DNA of 63,665 nucleotides, the filler included, from Sphacelaria rigidula (taxonomy: Eukaryota): NCBI GenBank assembly GCA_964200075.2. It is 7 parts of 7 records of this genome, joined end to end, with 100 filler letters (N's around TTAATTAATTAA, not from the genome) between each part and the next. Parts side by side here need not be neighbours in the genome. Positions count along the whole stretch, not along the records: positions 45,549 to 54,557 come from CAXNAA020009527.1; positions 54,658 to 63,665 come from CAXNAA020009528.1; 5 more parts are not named here. One strand, given 5' to 3'. Made by a program: the position numbers and the translations under genes. The first letter of the stretch is position 1. Each line of letters begins with the position of its first letter. This document shows positions 50,443 to 63,665 of this stretch, piece by piece. The notes under the pieces are model-generated. The model saw only the letters and a program-made list of their open reading frames with translations, was not told the DNA's origin and searched no databases.

Positions 50443-53205
50443 GATTTTCTCTTCGAGACGCTATGTATATAAAGTATACTAGATGTAATAGGCGATTCCT
50501 TACAAAGCCCCCGAAGTCGGCGAAAACGACACGCATTAGTGTGCGAGAGATGGAGGGAGAAAAAAGAGAGAGTGTGAGCGAGAGACGGTGCAATAGAAAA
50601 GACAAAGTAGCGCGGCTGAGGCAAAGGCAAAGGGAGAGAGAGAGACGGGGAGATACGGGGAGCACGATTACCGTGCGTATTTGTGTGCGTTCGTTCGTTC
50701 GGTGCGGTGATGTAGGTTACGTTGGACTTCCGTGAAGGGTGTTCGTCCGACCCCGAGTGTATGGGAAAGCAGAGGCCAAGAGTGTTTGTGGTGTGGGAAG
50801 GAAACCTTAGTGCCCTGTCCACAGACTCATGCCAATCCCTGACTACAGCAGGACGATGACAGCAGTGCGCAAGAATGGGTGAAGAAGAGATTTGGTACCT
50901 GGCACACATACTGGGTGTTATAGGTGGACGACCAAGAACTAGGCGTGTGTTTGCCGAGTTGTGATTAACATATGTTGTTGTTTTCCACGTACGGATTTAC
51001 AAAGATGTACAATTGTGTGTTTCGATAAAACATATGTGGGACGGAGAAGCGATTCATGTTGACGGACAAAGGGGCGCTGGCTCATGTTGATGCACCTGAC
51101 GCATCAAGTTTAAGTGGATGGACCTCGTGGAGTAGCCGAAACGAAAAAGCTCTGTGCTTACAACCCTGAGCCGGCAGTTCTGCCGACCCGATCCATCGAT
51201 ATGCGGGTTTGTCGAATCATCTGCTCGCATTTTTCTCGTGAATAGGTCGATTATGCTTGAAGGCGCTGCCGTTTTGAATTTGTCCACGCGCATGCTGTGA
51301 CGTTTGATGGGTGCATCAGACACCATCACACAGGGTTCAGACGTGATCCTGTCGTGAAGGAGTTTTGCTGAAGCATTCGTCTGGTGGAAGTGGTGGAGTG
51401 TTTCGGCAAATGGCCGTTTCGCATCTCATCCGGAAAGTACGTTGGCGCCCTAGGTCACACACGTAACTTGCCGATTGTGAAGACGATGGCAGAAATTCAG
51501 GCGTGCAGTGTGTCGGATCCAGTGTTGTTACCGTGTGTGTGTGTTGATCAGGTTTGTAACCGTATGAGAATGTACGAGAAGTCATTTGGTGTCTGTGCCT
51601 AGACCTTGCAGCCCTCCTTGGAATAGTATGTGGATAATGTGTGTATGTATGTGTGTGTGTTGATGTTTGGGTTTTGCAGGAAGGACGGGGTGTATGTCCA
51701 ATCGTGCATGGTGATTCGATGAGGGCGTGCTGTGACGAGGATATGTATTTGAGTGGTTCTCCATAGTATAGTAGTGAAATGCCGAAATGAGCACAAGTGT
51801 GTCTTCTCTCCTTTGGTGTTTGTCGATTCAGAAAAGTGGCGAGTGGAGCTGGTGGGTTTGCCGGTATTCACACGTTTTCGAGTGTTGTCCGTTGTTGTTG
51901 TGTGCTAAGCACCTGGCGCACGTCGCATTATGTTACGTGATTGCTAGGGCTTACCGGTTTGAAAGTGATGCGTATGTAGACACTGTTATAGTACATTATA
52001 CAGGCTACAACTTTAAGACAAGTGTTTGGTGTGTTCGTCGATTGTTGTTGTTGATGATGCTTAGCAATTTGAGCGTGGTGTGTATGTAGACGTTAGTGTG
52101 TTGAGGTTACTGTTGCCAATGCTTACCAGTTTGGACGTGGTGTGTATGTAGACAGTCGTACGTTAATGAGGCTAGACCTTCAAGACAAGCGTGTTGTGTG
52201 TCCGTTGTTTTCTTTGTTGTTAATGCCAACCAGTTTGAGCGTGGTGTGTATGTAGACATTGGTATGTTCTTCAGGTTACATTTGTTTTACAAGCGTTGGA
52301 GTGTTGGTCTACTTCTGTTTGTCCTTATTTTGTATGTTTCTCGCGTTTGTCGAGTTTGTTTCACCGAGATTTACTCTCAGTTCGTTTGCGCTAGGTACGT
52401 CTATCTTGTGGCTGAGGCTGGATTCGTCGAGGATCACTTGACGTACGATACTTACTGTCATCCATCGTGTTGTTGTGTAAATTGTGTCAAGTACGCGTGT
52501 TCACGCACGTACATGTAATATATAGTATGCAAAACAGTACCTAGGACTGACTACTGTACTACAGTATGGATCTACGTCTGCTTCAATCGTAATGTCATCT
52601 TTTAGTACTATCCCACTCGATAGCAAATGTTCCCTAGGACTGCATATTCGACTGTATCGTAGACGGTGCGGGCGAAGGGAGCTACCAATCGAAGGTCTAG
52701 AGCCATTTTCACCGGACCAGGGGTGAGTCAGGCGGCTACAGAAGTTCAAACTTCTAAAATGCCCCCCTCCCCCAACCCCTCCCTTTTCCATGTTCCACTT
52801 TTGTGGAGTTTCCTTAGCGAGTGTTCAGCTTATTCGCGTTTGCCACGTCTGGCATGTGACCATGGTTGGATTTGTCACGGATCGATTGAAGTGCGACAAT
52901 CGATCAGTCCATCAGCCACTTCCCACCCGTCCCGGAGGGAAGTGAATGTTAAGGCGTCTAATATCAGTTGGAAAGTGCTATATATCGTATTTCTCCTACA
53001 GTATCTCAGCTGTGTGTGCTCTGGGGGGTCTCACGTCTTTTCGCATGGTACCGTGCGGCTGACAAGACTGCGATACGGCCATCTTCGCGAAGTTGGGGGA
53101 GAGGGTGTGTACGTGGGTGGGTTCCATGTGTGTGGGTACATTCCATGGCATGTGCACCACCACAAGATACCTCACGCCTCTGGGGGCGCTCGATACTCAC
53201 AGGAT

Positions 53206-53236
<31 letters not shown>

Positions 53237-54488
53237 ACGCCGCCGACCGCGCAGCACACCGCCCGTGCGGCGGGCGGGGCGGTGTTGGGGNNNNNNNNNN
53301 CCCCCCAAACAACCCCCCCCCTCGCGGGGCCGCCAATCCCCCAAGGGTCCCCCCCCCCCCCCCCCTCAGCTGAGAAGGAAGCACCGAAGTGTAACTTTCG
53401 AGCTTCTGGGGCCATGTTGTGTTGTTTGGGATGTACGGAGTCCCGTGGGTAGGTAAGAGACTAGTGGAACGAACCAGAGCTCAGATCGCCGTATCGTGGG
53501 AGAAGCTGTTAATAATGAAGTCTGATCGTCGAGAATGAGGGGAAAATGCCGACCGAAGCATGATTTATGTTTAGTCCACCACTACAGTACACACTGGTGA
53601 AGGACCCCTTGACCGCCCTGGGATCACGTGTGTGTGAGGAGCTCGGAGCCGACGAGTTTGTGTGACTGCCATGTGTTGGCAGCGGGGTATACTCGTAGGC
53701 TTCGATAGCACTCTGGGTGCGAAGTTGAAGTCTTCAGATAGTCTTCGATGTTCACCACTGGATCATGACTCTTTGTCACTATCCTCATGCTCGGCACGAC
53801 GCCTGGGTCTAGTGTTGGTGTACATGACGTGCGGTCAGAGTAGGATCAAACTGATTTTCAGGGTGGTCAACAACCACTTGGTACCAATACGGTGGTGAGT
53901 ACATAGTCAGGCTTTTGGTTCGCGACCAAAGACCATGAAGTGTGATAGGCTAACTTTGTCACCACGCACACGAAGCAGATCTAGACAACGAATGTGAGTG
54001 CTCTCAAGTGATACGTGGGGAGAGGAATAACGTGGCTTGTTTCTCAGTGCTAGTATAGTGATGGCGTGCCGCAGGCATGCGGAACAGAAGACCTCAAAGT
54101 GTCTAGGGCTTAGTGCAGGTGGGATCTCGTAAAAATCATTGCAGTATACTTCCTCTGTGCCACAAGTTGAGGTACTTGAGTTTATTGCACGGACCTTCAA
54201 CTGCTCCCAATTCTTCGTTTTTGTCAGGGCAATTAATGGCGTTTTTCAGACAAAACCCACTTTTTTTCTTAGGCAGATGTCGCTTACCCCACGCGGCCGA
54301 ACGGCCGAACGGAAGCATTCGGCCCAAAAAATGGCGTGTTCTGCCCCTAGTGATTGAGCGCCAAAAAAGATGAGAATGAACACATTAGACCCAATATTCG
54401 TTGTAGCTACTTCTCGTCCGAAACTACCGTGAGGCGTTTTCACTCATCGTGTCCAGCACGGAGGATGCAGAAAATGGTCGAATGAGTA

Positions 54489-54557
54489 CGAGCTGGGCCA
54501 GCCTAGAGGCTGCATGAAAGTTTGCAGGCGGATGCGCCGGCCAATATTTGGAGTTAG
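54489..54557 (+). mobile_element. Terminus of a CGAGCTGGGCCAGCCTAGA-family element, cut by the contig end
   Basis: TA|cgagctgggccagcctagagg at 54487. Confidence 0.8.
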
Positions 54558-54889
54558 NNNNNNNNNNNNNNNNNNNNNNNNNNNNNNNNNNNNNNNNNNN
54601 NTTAATTAATTAANNNNNNNNNNNNNNNNNNNNNNNNNNNNNNNNNNNNNNNNNNNNTCCTATGATTATGGCATGCATGATCATGAGTACACCCCCCCCC
54701 GCCGCCGGAACGAGCCTGGCTCTGTCTTCTTGTCTATTGTATTCCTTTTTTTACTTTTTATTATTTTTTTTTCCTTTTCTTTTTTTTTTCTTTCATTTTT
54801 CTTTCATTTTTTTCATGTTTCTCCTTTTTGTTTCTGATCACGAGCTGGAGTTTTGCAATCAGCTACGTAATGCGCGATCATCATATTTT

Positions 54890-55003
54890 TTTGTTGTTGT
54901 TGTTCGTGTTTGTGTTTGTGTTTGTGTTTGTGTTTGTGTTTGTGTTTGTCGGTATTTTTGTTGTTATTGCCGTTGTTGTTTGTTCTTTTTGCTGTTTGCT
55001 CTC

Positions 55004-55071
<68 letters not shown>

Positions 55072-55075
55072 GGTG
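54890..55075 (+). repeat. Compound microsatellite (TTTGTG)n, (TTG)n, (GTG)n
   Basis: Directly visible in the sequence. Confidence 0.93.
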
Positions 55076-55235
55076 TCTTTTGTTGTCATCGCTGCCCCCT
55101 TCCTTTTCTGAGGCCGTTGCTTCTGTCGTTTTTTGTCCATTTCTTTATTTCTTTATTATTTATATTTCTTTGTTATTCAATTTTGCTGCTCCTGACCACG
55201 GGCTGGATTGTTGCAATCAGCTAATGTGAGATAAT

Positions 55236-56445
55236 CAATATATATATATTTCAATTGAAAAAACTGATATGTACATATATATATATTGGCCAAGAAATAT
55301 GTTGACAGAAGAGGCGACACAGTGTATATGCCTTGTGACACCTTTCTGCCCACCGGTGCGGTGCTGCCCATCCCCTTCACAGTATGTAATATATCTCGGC
55401 TAAACAGTGTGACGGCAGAAAACGCGGGTTGATGCACACCTTTCGGTACTCCTCTCGTCACCGGTGCTGTGTTGCTTATACCCTTGACAATACAACATGT
55501 TCCAATATGATACCAATAATTTGTATTGGAGACAGCGCAAATATTGTCCATTCAATATATATCGCGTTGAGATGTCCTCCGAGATATCGAAGCAGTAATA
55601 CATTTTTTTCGTGTCATGATCGTGAAGTAATGCTGACAAAATATATTGAACACGCATTTGATCCGGAAGCAAAAAATTCTATACATATTGTGCATGCCGT
55701 CCGTTTATGTATCGAAGTGTCATTATGTATACATATATATGGAGTTGAAGCGATGCATAACATATTGTTATCATAATATATATTGAATACAAACCATGCG
55801 AAAATATCTTTCTAAGATATATTGCGCACTCTCATCGCATAGCTATTACGCAGCCAATATATATTGGACACACTCGTGGAGGAATATATTGAGCGATTTC
55901 GGCATCTGGTGATGATATACAATGGCGCCCTCGAACATAAAATTGCCCATACTAATTAAAATACACTTTCCAATCAACATATTGAATAATCAATACATAT
56001 TGCTACACCAACAGATATTGTCACCGTCTGTTCCCTCGTGTATTGGCCGGCCAATATATATTGAACGCATTGACGGACGACGTATGGGGGCGGCAATATA
56101 TGTGGGCGCTTCGAGTGTTGAGTGTATTGTGTCGTCAATGTATTTTGACCTCGTGTGTGTTGTCGCCCCATCTTCGTGTGGTTAACAATATAGTGCTTGG
56201 CAAATACATTGGGGCCTTACTGCACGAATATACCACCCGGCCAATATATTTCCAGATGGCGCGTGTCGTGATATATTGTTCGGTTGATGTATATGGTATG
56301 TCGCGAGCCTTGACATATTGATGGCACAACATGTATTAACCCGTCTCTGGTGGCATCATATTTCTCGCCCGGTATGTATTGACCACCCGTCGCGTCGACA
56401 TTTGAAGCGGGCAATGTATATTGCATGTGTATCGTCCAGGGTGTG
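55236..56445 (-). mobile_element. Third, truncated and more diverged copy of the CACACCCTGGAC element
   Basis: Colinear with 41655-42888; ends gtccagggtgtg at 56445; the other TIR is absent. Confidence 0.85.
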
Positions 56446-56930
56446 TAATTGAGACTTGACCGATGAATCCAGGATTATGCCCAATTATCACCAACATTTC
56501 GATGATGATGGAGAGTTGCGGAAAACGCCTTTTTGCCATTTCAGAGTCCAAATATCTCAGGATCAGAGTGCAACGAAAACTTATTTCCCCCTCCGCCAAA
56601 TGTGCTATCCCCTAAACGTGTTCTCGATCACATGTTTTTTTTTATCCTGCACTCTGGTCCTGACATATGTGCACTCTAAGGAAAAAGCGTTTCCCGAAAC
56701 TCTCCAATGTGAACTGTTGTGACATGGCTTGCTGTAGGGCGGCGCGATCTCTAGGAACGGCGGGAAAGGCGGAGAAAATATATTCTCCGGGGAAGCTGGG
56801 GGAAATGCACCGTAGTAGTAGTAGTAATACCCCCCTGTAGTATTTGTTTATCGTTTACTGCCAAACAGCGTATTTGAACCTCTCGAATCTCTCGTGCTCT
56901 CCGGCTACACAACAACAAACGCATCATCAG

Positions 56931-59348
56931 GATATTGTCTGGATAAGGATAGCCTTCTACCTGGGCAAAGAGCGGCAGAGAACTTTCGTCGTCACGAGCA
57001 ACAATGATTCTGAGGGAGAAGAATTCACTTCCAGCGGGGGAAGCAATGACATGGAGATGTACAGACTTGATACCGACGGGACCGAGGAGCTGTGCATCGA
57101 GGCTGTGGGTCTGGAAGAAGACGAGTGGTTCAGTCTTTTCGAGGTGCGGCTGCTGGGGGGGGCTGTAGCTGAGAGTTTTGAAATCTCCTGTGTGCAACTC
57201 GCTGATTTGTTTTCACGAGCGGGGCTCCTTCCCTACTATAGTTTTTCACCGGTACTCACACAGGTGGGACACTATGCTCTCGCCGAAGGGTACATGAGGC
57301 GGTACTTTCGCAGTCGCGCACATGGTAGAGTGTGTTCCAATAGCGCCACCCTGCACAAGGTGGGATCATATGCTTGTTACAGCACATATGGAGTTCGTAC
57401 AGCAGAGGCTGCTCGAAGTTAATCCTCGCTTTGCCCATTTTTCAACTTCCAAGTTGTGCAAAGCGGGGATTGAACTTGAGCAGCCTCTGCTGTGCAGCTC
57501 CCCTACACTACTATGTGGGTGGGTCTAAACAGCAGATGTTGCTCGAAAGTCCTCAATGTGCCCGCTGATTTATCCTGGAATTGCGCAAAAGGTGGACTCG
57601 CGGGCAGCCTATGCTGTTCAAATCCGACATCCTGTACCGTCGTCAGCGTACTAGATTTGAATGGCACTATTGCCCAAAACCCGACGTCTTTGCCCCCAAT
57701 TTATATCAATTGCGCAAAACGATAATATTTCACATGTCGGACAACTCATTTCATACAACTCAGTTCTGTAATATGATCCATCCAGTGGGAAAAGGTACCG
57801 CTGGGATATACCACATAACTCAGCTGGTGAAAAATGGTACCGCTGAGCAATCCATATAGCTCTGCCAGTGGAAAGAGATACCGCTGAGTGAAACACTATA
57901 TCTCAACAGCTGGGTTGTACGAAAATGAGTTATATGAGATGTGTGAAACGGCTGAGTCGTCCGACGTGTGAAAGATGGTCGTTTTTGCCCAATTGATATG
58001 AATTGAGCGGCAAGACGACGGGTTTTGGACAGTCTTTCCGTCCAAATCTAGTACGCTGACAACGGTACAACATGTCGGATTTCAACAGCAGATGCTGCTC
58101 GCAAGTCCACCTTTTTCGCAATCTCAGGATAAATTGGCGGGTAGATCTGAGGACTTCCGAGCAGCATCTGCTGTGTAGATCCACCCAGATAGTAGTGTAG
58201 GGGAGTTGCACAGCAGATGCTGCTCGAATTCAATCCCCGTTGTGCACAAGTTGGAAATTGGAAAATGGGCACAGCGAGGATTGATTTCGAGCGCCTCTGC
58301 TGTACGAATTCCGTATCTGCTATAACAAGCGTGTGTATATCACGCGCGGTCATAGTTTTCACCCCCACAAGGCGCTGTGTCGAAACCCTGTGTAAGTGTT
58401 TACCCCCACGAGGTGCTGTGTCAACACCCTGTCATGGTCTTCACCCGCACAAAATGCTGGGTCAAGCAGCCCGCTACAACAGCGCACATGGTAGAGGGTC
58501 GTCAGAGGGTTCTGGACCTTGTAGAGGATCGCCACAGGGTCGGCCACAAGGTCTCGACCTTCAGAAGGTGGTCGCAGAGTGTAGCAAAGTGTCCATCTGT
58601 GATACCACTGTTCCGGAAAAAGGGGCCTGGCAGTTGCAAATACTGGAGTCTTGTCTTTTCCCGGCTTTGTCGTGTGCCGAGGAGCCTACGCTCGTCAATC
58701 ACACCGCACGTTCGAGGCGTTTTCAGACCTCCACGAATTATCTCGCTTTTTCAGAAGAAATAATTGTTGTTGTTGTCTTCACATTGAAAACCGTTCCGAT
58801 ATCTACTTTTTCGCTGCCCATCTCCCCGCCCGCCCACTGAATGTGAACTATACAAGGAGGAACGGGGGATGCTAGAGGGGGAAATGCGGGACGTGAACGG
58901 AGGTGGCATGAAATCGTTTGATGTATTAGACATGAGGGGAAAACGATAGCTATAGGAGATAGGTGGTGGCGACAAACGGCGAAAGAGGACGGGGATAAGA
59001 TATGTGAACGATGCTTGTGTAACGTGCGGAAATGAACGTAATATACACCGACATGTTGGGGGTGTCTCTAATCGGAGTAGGAACGGTGCTCTGTGTCGAG
59101 ACGGATGCGTGCTCAATGGTCAAACGACTAAGGCAAGTAACAACTGAGTACGCCCCCCCTCCCCCCCCTCCCCTCCCGCTCCGTCTCGAAAGGGATGCGT
59201 GGTCAATCGTCGAACGACTAAGGCAACAAATGAGTACGCCCCCCTCCCCTCCCGCCCCTCCCGCCCCTCCCGCGATTTGTTTCCTAATAATACGTACTCA
59301 TGCTCATACATGTGGTATTTGCAGGTGGAGTTCTGGGTTCTCGAGTAA
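56931..59348 (+). CDS. 3' exons (56931-57143 and 59325-59348) of a gene ending in a discoidin/F5-8 type C (CBM32-like) beta-sandwich, brown-algal extracellular protein family
   Basis: DIVWIRIAFYLGKERQRTFVV..FTSSG..E.Y.LDTDGTEELCIEAVGLEEDEWFSLFE|VEFWVLE*; the IAF.KG.ER.R.F and W.S..EV.F pattern is typical of this domain; in-phase GT-AG. Confidence 0.72.
57370..58332. mobile_element. Long-TIR foldback element (~385-bp imperfect arms, ~180-bp spacer) in an intron
   Basis: gcttgttacagca...tgtcggacaactca (57372-57750) is the reverse complement of tgagtcgtccgacg...tgctataacaagc (57953-58330) with scattered mismatches. Confidence 0.88.
59100..59275 (+). repeat. Short interspersed/tandem repeat (two units) also present at 18221-18275
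   Basis: tcaat.gtc.aa.gactaaggcaa..aa.tgagtacgccccc at ~59113, ~59203 and ~18225. Confidence 0.75.
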
Positions 59349-62300
59349 GGTCGCCTGTCCTCGTGTCACAAGGGAGGCTGGCCGATGATCAGCGATCAAC
59401 TACGCGCACGATACCACGGAGGCAGGGTGTCGGTTCGACACCTGCTCAGCCCTATCAGATGTATCCCGTCTCGCGGTGGTTCATTTCGCGACACCGAAAT
59501 GTAGGGTGTTCAACAGGGAGAGATCGATTGATCCCCTGAGATGACGACACTCGTCGCGAGGAAGGATAGGGGTTGGAAGTGAGACATAGTGAACAACGGG
59601 AGGACCGTAGGTGGTTTGAAGGTTATGACTCAAATACACACACGATCATCGTCACCTTTATTGTAGCAGCACAGTGTAGTTCAGTTTCGTACAGTACAGT
59701 ACAGTACACTACACTACACTACAGTCGTTTGGTAGACTAGTGCGCGGGGAGCATGAACGTGCGAAGTGACGGCCGGTTTTCGTTTGCTGCCGTTTCTCTT
59801 TGCTGTCAACCTGTTGTGCTTTTAGTTTCTCGCGACTGGTTGGGTATGAACATGATACTCGCGCAAGACCTTTCCCATCGAAGCGCAGAGGCAAGTCATA
59901 CATGTTTTTTTTGTTTAGCTCTTTCCTTTCCCCTCCTTCTCTTCTGTCTCTTTTTCTGTTCCACCTTCGTGTGTTGTTCACTTTAATGTTGTGCAGGACG
60001 CGATGAAGTCGTGTCTATGCAACGGTCCCACAACCGTGTCGTTAGGTATGTACATACGTATATTGTGACCCACGTAAGCGTTTTCTCTGGGAGAAGTAAC
60101 GGGGGCTAGGTGGTTCGTTTGTGGGCTGCACTCGTGTCGGTATGGTTACGATAGTCATGTCAGCAAGTACACGTTTCTACTCAGTTACTATTTAAAAGAT
60201 ACACCTTAGTTTCTACGTTGTTAGGTTGTTGAGTTTAAGCTGCTGCTTTGTAGCTTAACACAAGTTCCTACTTAATTATTTTGCAAAATACACGGATGTT
60301 TCTGCTTTGATTAGTTGGCAAATGGAGCTACACGTTCTACTTTTTCATTTCGTCAAATATGCGTTCCTACTTAGTAGTCAGCAACCTAGACGGTTGCTTC
60401 TACGTTGTTCGGTTGCTTCTACGTTGTTGAGTTGACAAATACACGTTTAATAATGTTTTTGTGAGATCGAGAGTAGAGGAGTGTAAAGCAGTCAATAAGT
60501 AAATGAATCGTTTCAGTTCCGAAATGCCCGTCCACGAGGGCCGATATGCTTTCCGCAGTAGCTTGCCCCCGAGGCCCTTGATGTCCCCAAGGAGGATATC
60601 GACGTGTAGCTGTAAGCACATGCCAATGATAGAGGCAAAGCAGCACACACAGAGTGAGAAAATGGCTGGGTTAAAGCGAATGATCAAAGCCATTCTCAAT
60701 CAGCGCTCTTAATCTCACGATAACATTGTTGGTTCTACTTTGTTCACTTGGCATATGCACGCTTCTAATTCGTGTTATTTTGTTGTCGGGAGCGAGAAGG
60801 GGGCTCCAAATAGATGTGGATGCACTACCGCCATCGACAACTGGAATCTAGGACTGCATAGTGGGAAACACGTCACCATTGTTTTTAATCGTTTCACTTC
60901 AATCTCCTCGTTTGGAAAACGTCCAGAACGATTTTCGAACCTTTTTCGAGGAAAAGTGCGGCGCCAAAAATTCGAAGTCCCAACCGTTGTTGTGATGTGC
61001 CACCACTGGAATGAACGCGTCCTCGGTATTTCAACGCATGCCCCGGCACCTACAGACACCCAGGCTTGGCACTGTAAATCATGGCGGAACGCGCACCAAG
61101 ATGGGAAACGAGTAACAATGAACATGCGCTCCCTAAGCGTGAGCGCGGATATGGTTGAAGTGGAAGTGGCGGACAAATTGTTCAAGCAAGTGCTTTTTTC
61201 ACCTATCCCGGCGGCAAAGGAAGCATAATCGGTGATGTCATCCCTGAGGTCCACAGCCGCATTGGCCAGACTTGATTCGAAGTTGGTGACGCCTTCCATG
61301 AGATACAGCCGAAAATGTACAACATGTCATCTTTTATTGAACACGTTTTCCCTCAGAACTCTGCATTGACCACATCGATTGTAATTCTTTTGCGAAGAAA
61401 TTTCCGTCAAAACACAGGCTTTGAGGGGCGGGGTAATAATCGTTTCGGTCTGATGAAATTAGGTGCAGTGCCCCTTGAGAGGAAGCCACACTAAACCTTC
61501 GTTCTGATATTCACACGAACAGGGGCTCAAGCTGTGTTGATTCACCGCAATGCAAGGCTGTGTGTAACAAACAGCCCACCCGAATCCAGTTCCTACCGAC
61601 ACGAGAATGAAAAAGGACAAAAGACAAAAAAGGGTACAACCTGGTGCTTTCGGAACAAAAAAGAGGAACACATTTTTCGCTTTGGGGCGAGGCGCTGCAC
61701 GCGGGCTGAACACCTCGAAAACACGTTCCAGCGCCCCAACCCCTTGCCCAAGGTGTCTGGGCAGCATCCTCGACCACGTTTTTCATTTTCACAAGTGTTA
61801 CTCGACTGAACGACGGTGCCAAAAATGAGAGCCTGCTAGAGCGCCTTTTATTGTAACCACACCAGAAGGGTACACTCTGCCCTCTGCTACCAATTGATTT
61901 TTTACCCTTTATTGCTCACCTCTGTGCTGAAAAATTATCTTTTACCCTCGTTTGTTCACCTGTTGACCCTTATTCTCACGAAGTGGTGACCGCACAGTAG
62001 GGGTTTAGCTCCGCAAGCTCGTCAAAAAGATAATAACGCTCCGCTCTTTTTTATTATGGGCTTTCCCCCCTTGTTTCATGCCCCATTTTAAGCTTTTTCT
62101 TTATGCTGTACAATGTACAATGGGCCCCATGGCACAACTATTGTACGAAGTCTTGATTAATTTTTTGGACTTGATACAGTATTAAATATCTGAAATACAC
62201 AAAGAACCGTTATTCGGATCAGACCCGCAACCATGGCAGTTAGGAGTACTGTTTTGAATATTGAAGCCTGTCTGGTGACGACTGACGACTGACGAGTCAC

Positions 62301-62911
62301 GCCACAGGTCATAAGGGGCACTTTCAGGCATCTGATACCATGGCTGCAAGAGGCGCATGAAAAAAGAACGCAATTTTATGCGCGTTTAATAAAATTTTCA
62401 AACATTTTCAAGCTCTTTTGAAGCTTGTCAGAGAAAAGCTTATTTGAGCCCGAAAGCCCCACATTACGCTAAACCTTAAGCGTGCTTACGGAGCTGAAGC
62501 CTACCGTACAGCCGGCTTAGGAGAGAATACGAGCAGTCACAACCACAGCCATTTTCGCTGCAGTTACACCCCATCAAAATAGGTCGAAACCCAACGACCG
62601 AGGGAGTGTACTCCCCGCTATTTGGCCCCAGGATCCGGATCCAACGCGATGCATCCAGGACGCTTGTGTGCCGGAGCTCACAAACATCCAACGACCATGG
62701 GTAAACATCTTGCCGACACACACGCCCGAACGGCTTCTAGCAACATCAAACCGTTGCGGGATTTGCAATTTGCGGCTTGGAACGAAAGATGGGCACCGAC
62801 AAGTTTCCGCATTGGAGGGAAAACGTCTGAATTCGATGACGTAGACTGTACAATCGAATGTCCTCCTGCGTTTCTCGCTGTTGCGTCCGTGCTCATTTTA
62901 GACCAGCACTA

Positions 62912-63665
62912 CGAGCTGGGCCAGCCTAGAAGCGGATGTGTAGTTTACAGGCCCATTTTCACCTCAACTTTTAGAGTTGGAGCCTAAAATGTTTCGGTAT
63001 GGACAATGAAAAGAGCCTGATTACAAAAATAATGTACAGGCCCATGTTTCTCATGAATCAACAGCATTTTACTGAAACCTGAAAAGTGACGATGGCCTTC
63101 ATCTAAATAAAACAGCTTGGGTAGATTTGTTTTTCATGATTTGACGACATTTTACTGAAACCTGAAAATTGATTATGGCCTTCAACTAACAGTGGATCCT
63201 AGAAATTGGGGTTCATACAAAATATGGGGTTAATGTGGCATTTCTCTTTCGCAGGGAAGACGCGAAACACTTATGACCGAGCGAAGCCATCTTCCCCTCC
63301 GAATGTCCGCAGCAGTCGAGCAGCTGTGGCTAGATGCACCTAACGAATGCGATTTACACGCGTGTCGGTGACGATATCACCAGAGAGAGAAGCAACGACA
63401 GAGAGGAAGCTCCTCGCCCGTGTCCTTTATGTGTCCCCGCTCGGCGATTACCAAACTCTCGAGAGACTGGCATCATCGATCTTATCAGCATGTGCCAAAT
63501 TTTCCATGTGCCAGAACATCGACGTGCGGAGAGATTCCGTCGTCTCTTCTTGCCTATCGCCAACGCGAAGATCGATTTCTCTCTGCCTCTCCTTTTGGAC
63601 AGGACGCGCCTCTGTGCGCTGAAAAACATGTCGTTGAAAAATAGGGCAATGTTCCCGTCATCGCT
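62912..63665 (+). mobile_element. CGAGCTGGGCCAGCCTAGA-family element, probably running to the window end
   Basis: TA|cgagctgggccagcctagaagc at 62910; the first ~90 bp match 27141-27230; internal duplicated cattttactgaaacctgaaaa at 63066 and 63148; right boundary not seen. Confidence 0.7.

Noticed and set aside
52666..53456. Pro/Gly-rich ORF cluster
   Set aside because: Driven by poly-C/G tracts around an N gap; no domain signal
54662..55229. Hydrophobic or poly-Cys ORFs
   Set aside because: Translations of microsatellites; likewise the poly-Ile and poly-Tyr ORFs at 20329-20892

Overview
Eukaryotic DNA, most likely a brown alga (Ectocarpales-like; inferred from gene families and intron style). 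The window is not one locus. It is seven size-sorted contigs (9010, 9010, 9010, 9009, 9009, 9009 and 9008 bp) joined by 100-bp N-TTAATTAATTAA-N linkers, so nothing can be linked across a linker. Host genes recovered by manual splicing, all partial: a secreted Cys-containing tandem Ig-like protein whose promoter and exon 1 are duplicated head-to-head; an inositol monophosphatase; an OTU-like cysteine protease with a C-terminal membrane anchor; and the 3' end of a gene with a discoidin/CBM32-like domain. Mobile DNA dominates. It includes a full-length hAT element (17-bp TIRs, 8-bp TSD, 6-exon transposase with two nonsense codons) inside the IMPase intron, and a decayed piggyBac whose catalytic-core segment is folded into a ~660-bp near-perfect palindrome, a candidate hairpin-RNA silencer. 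There are also a TA-flanked Tc1/mariner-type MITE family, a CACACCCTGGAC-ended family with 8-bp TSDs, several foldback elements and tandem repeats. Family assignments come from motif recognition only; no database search was run.
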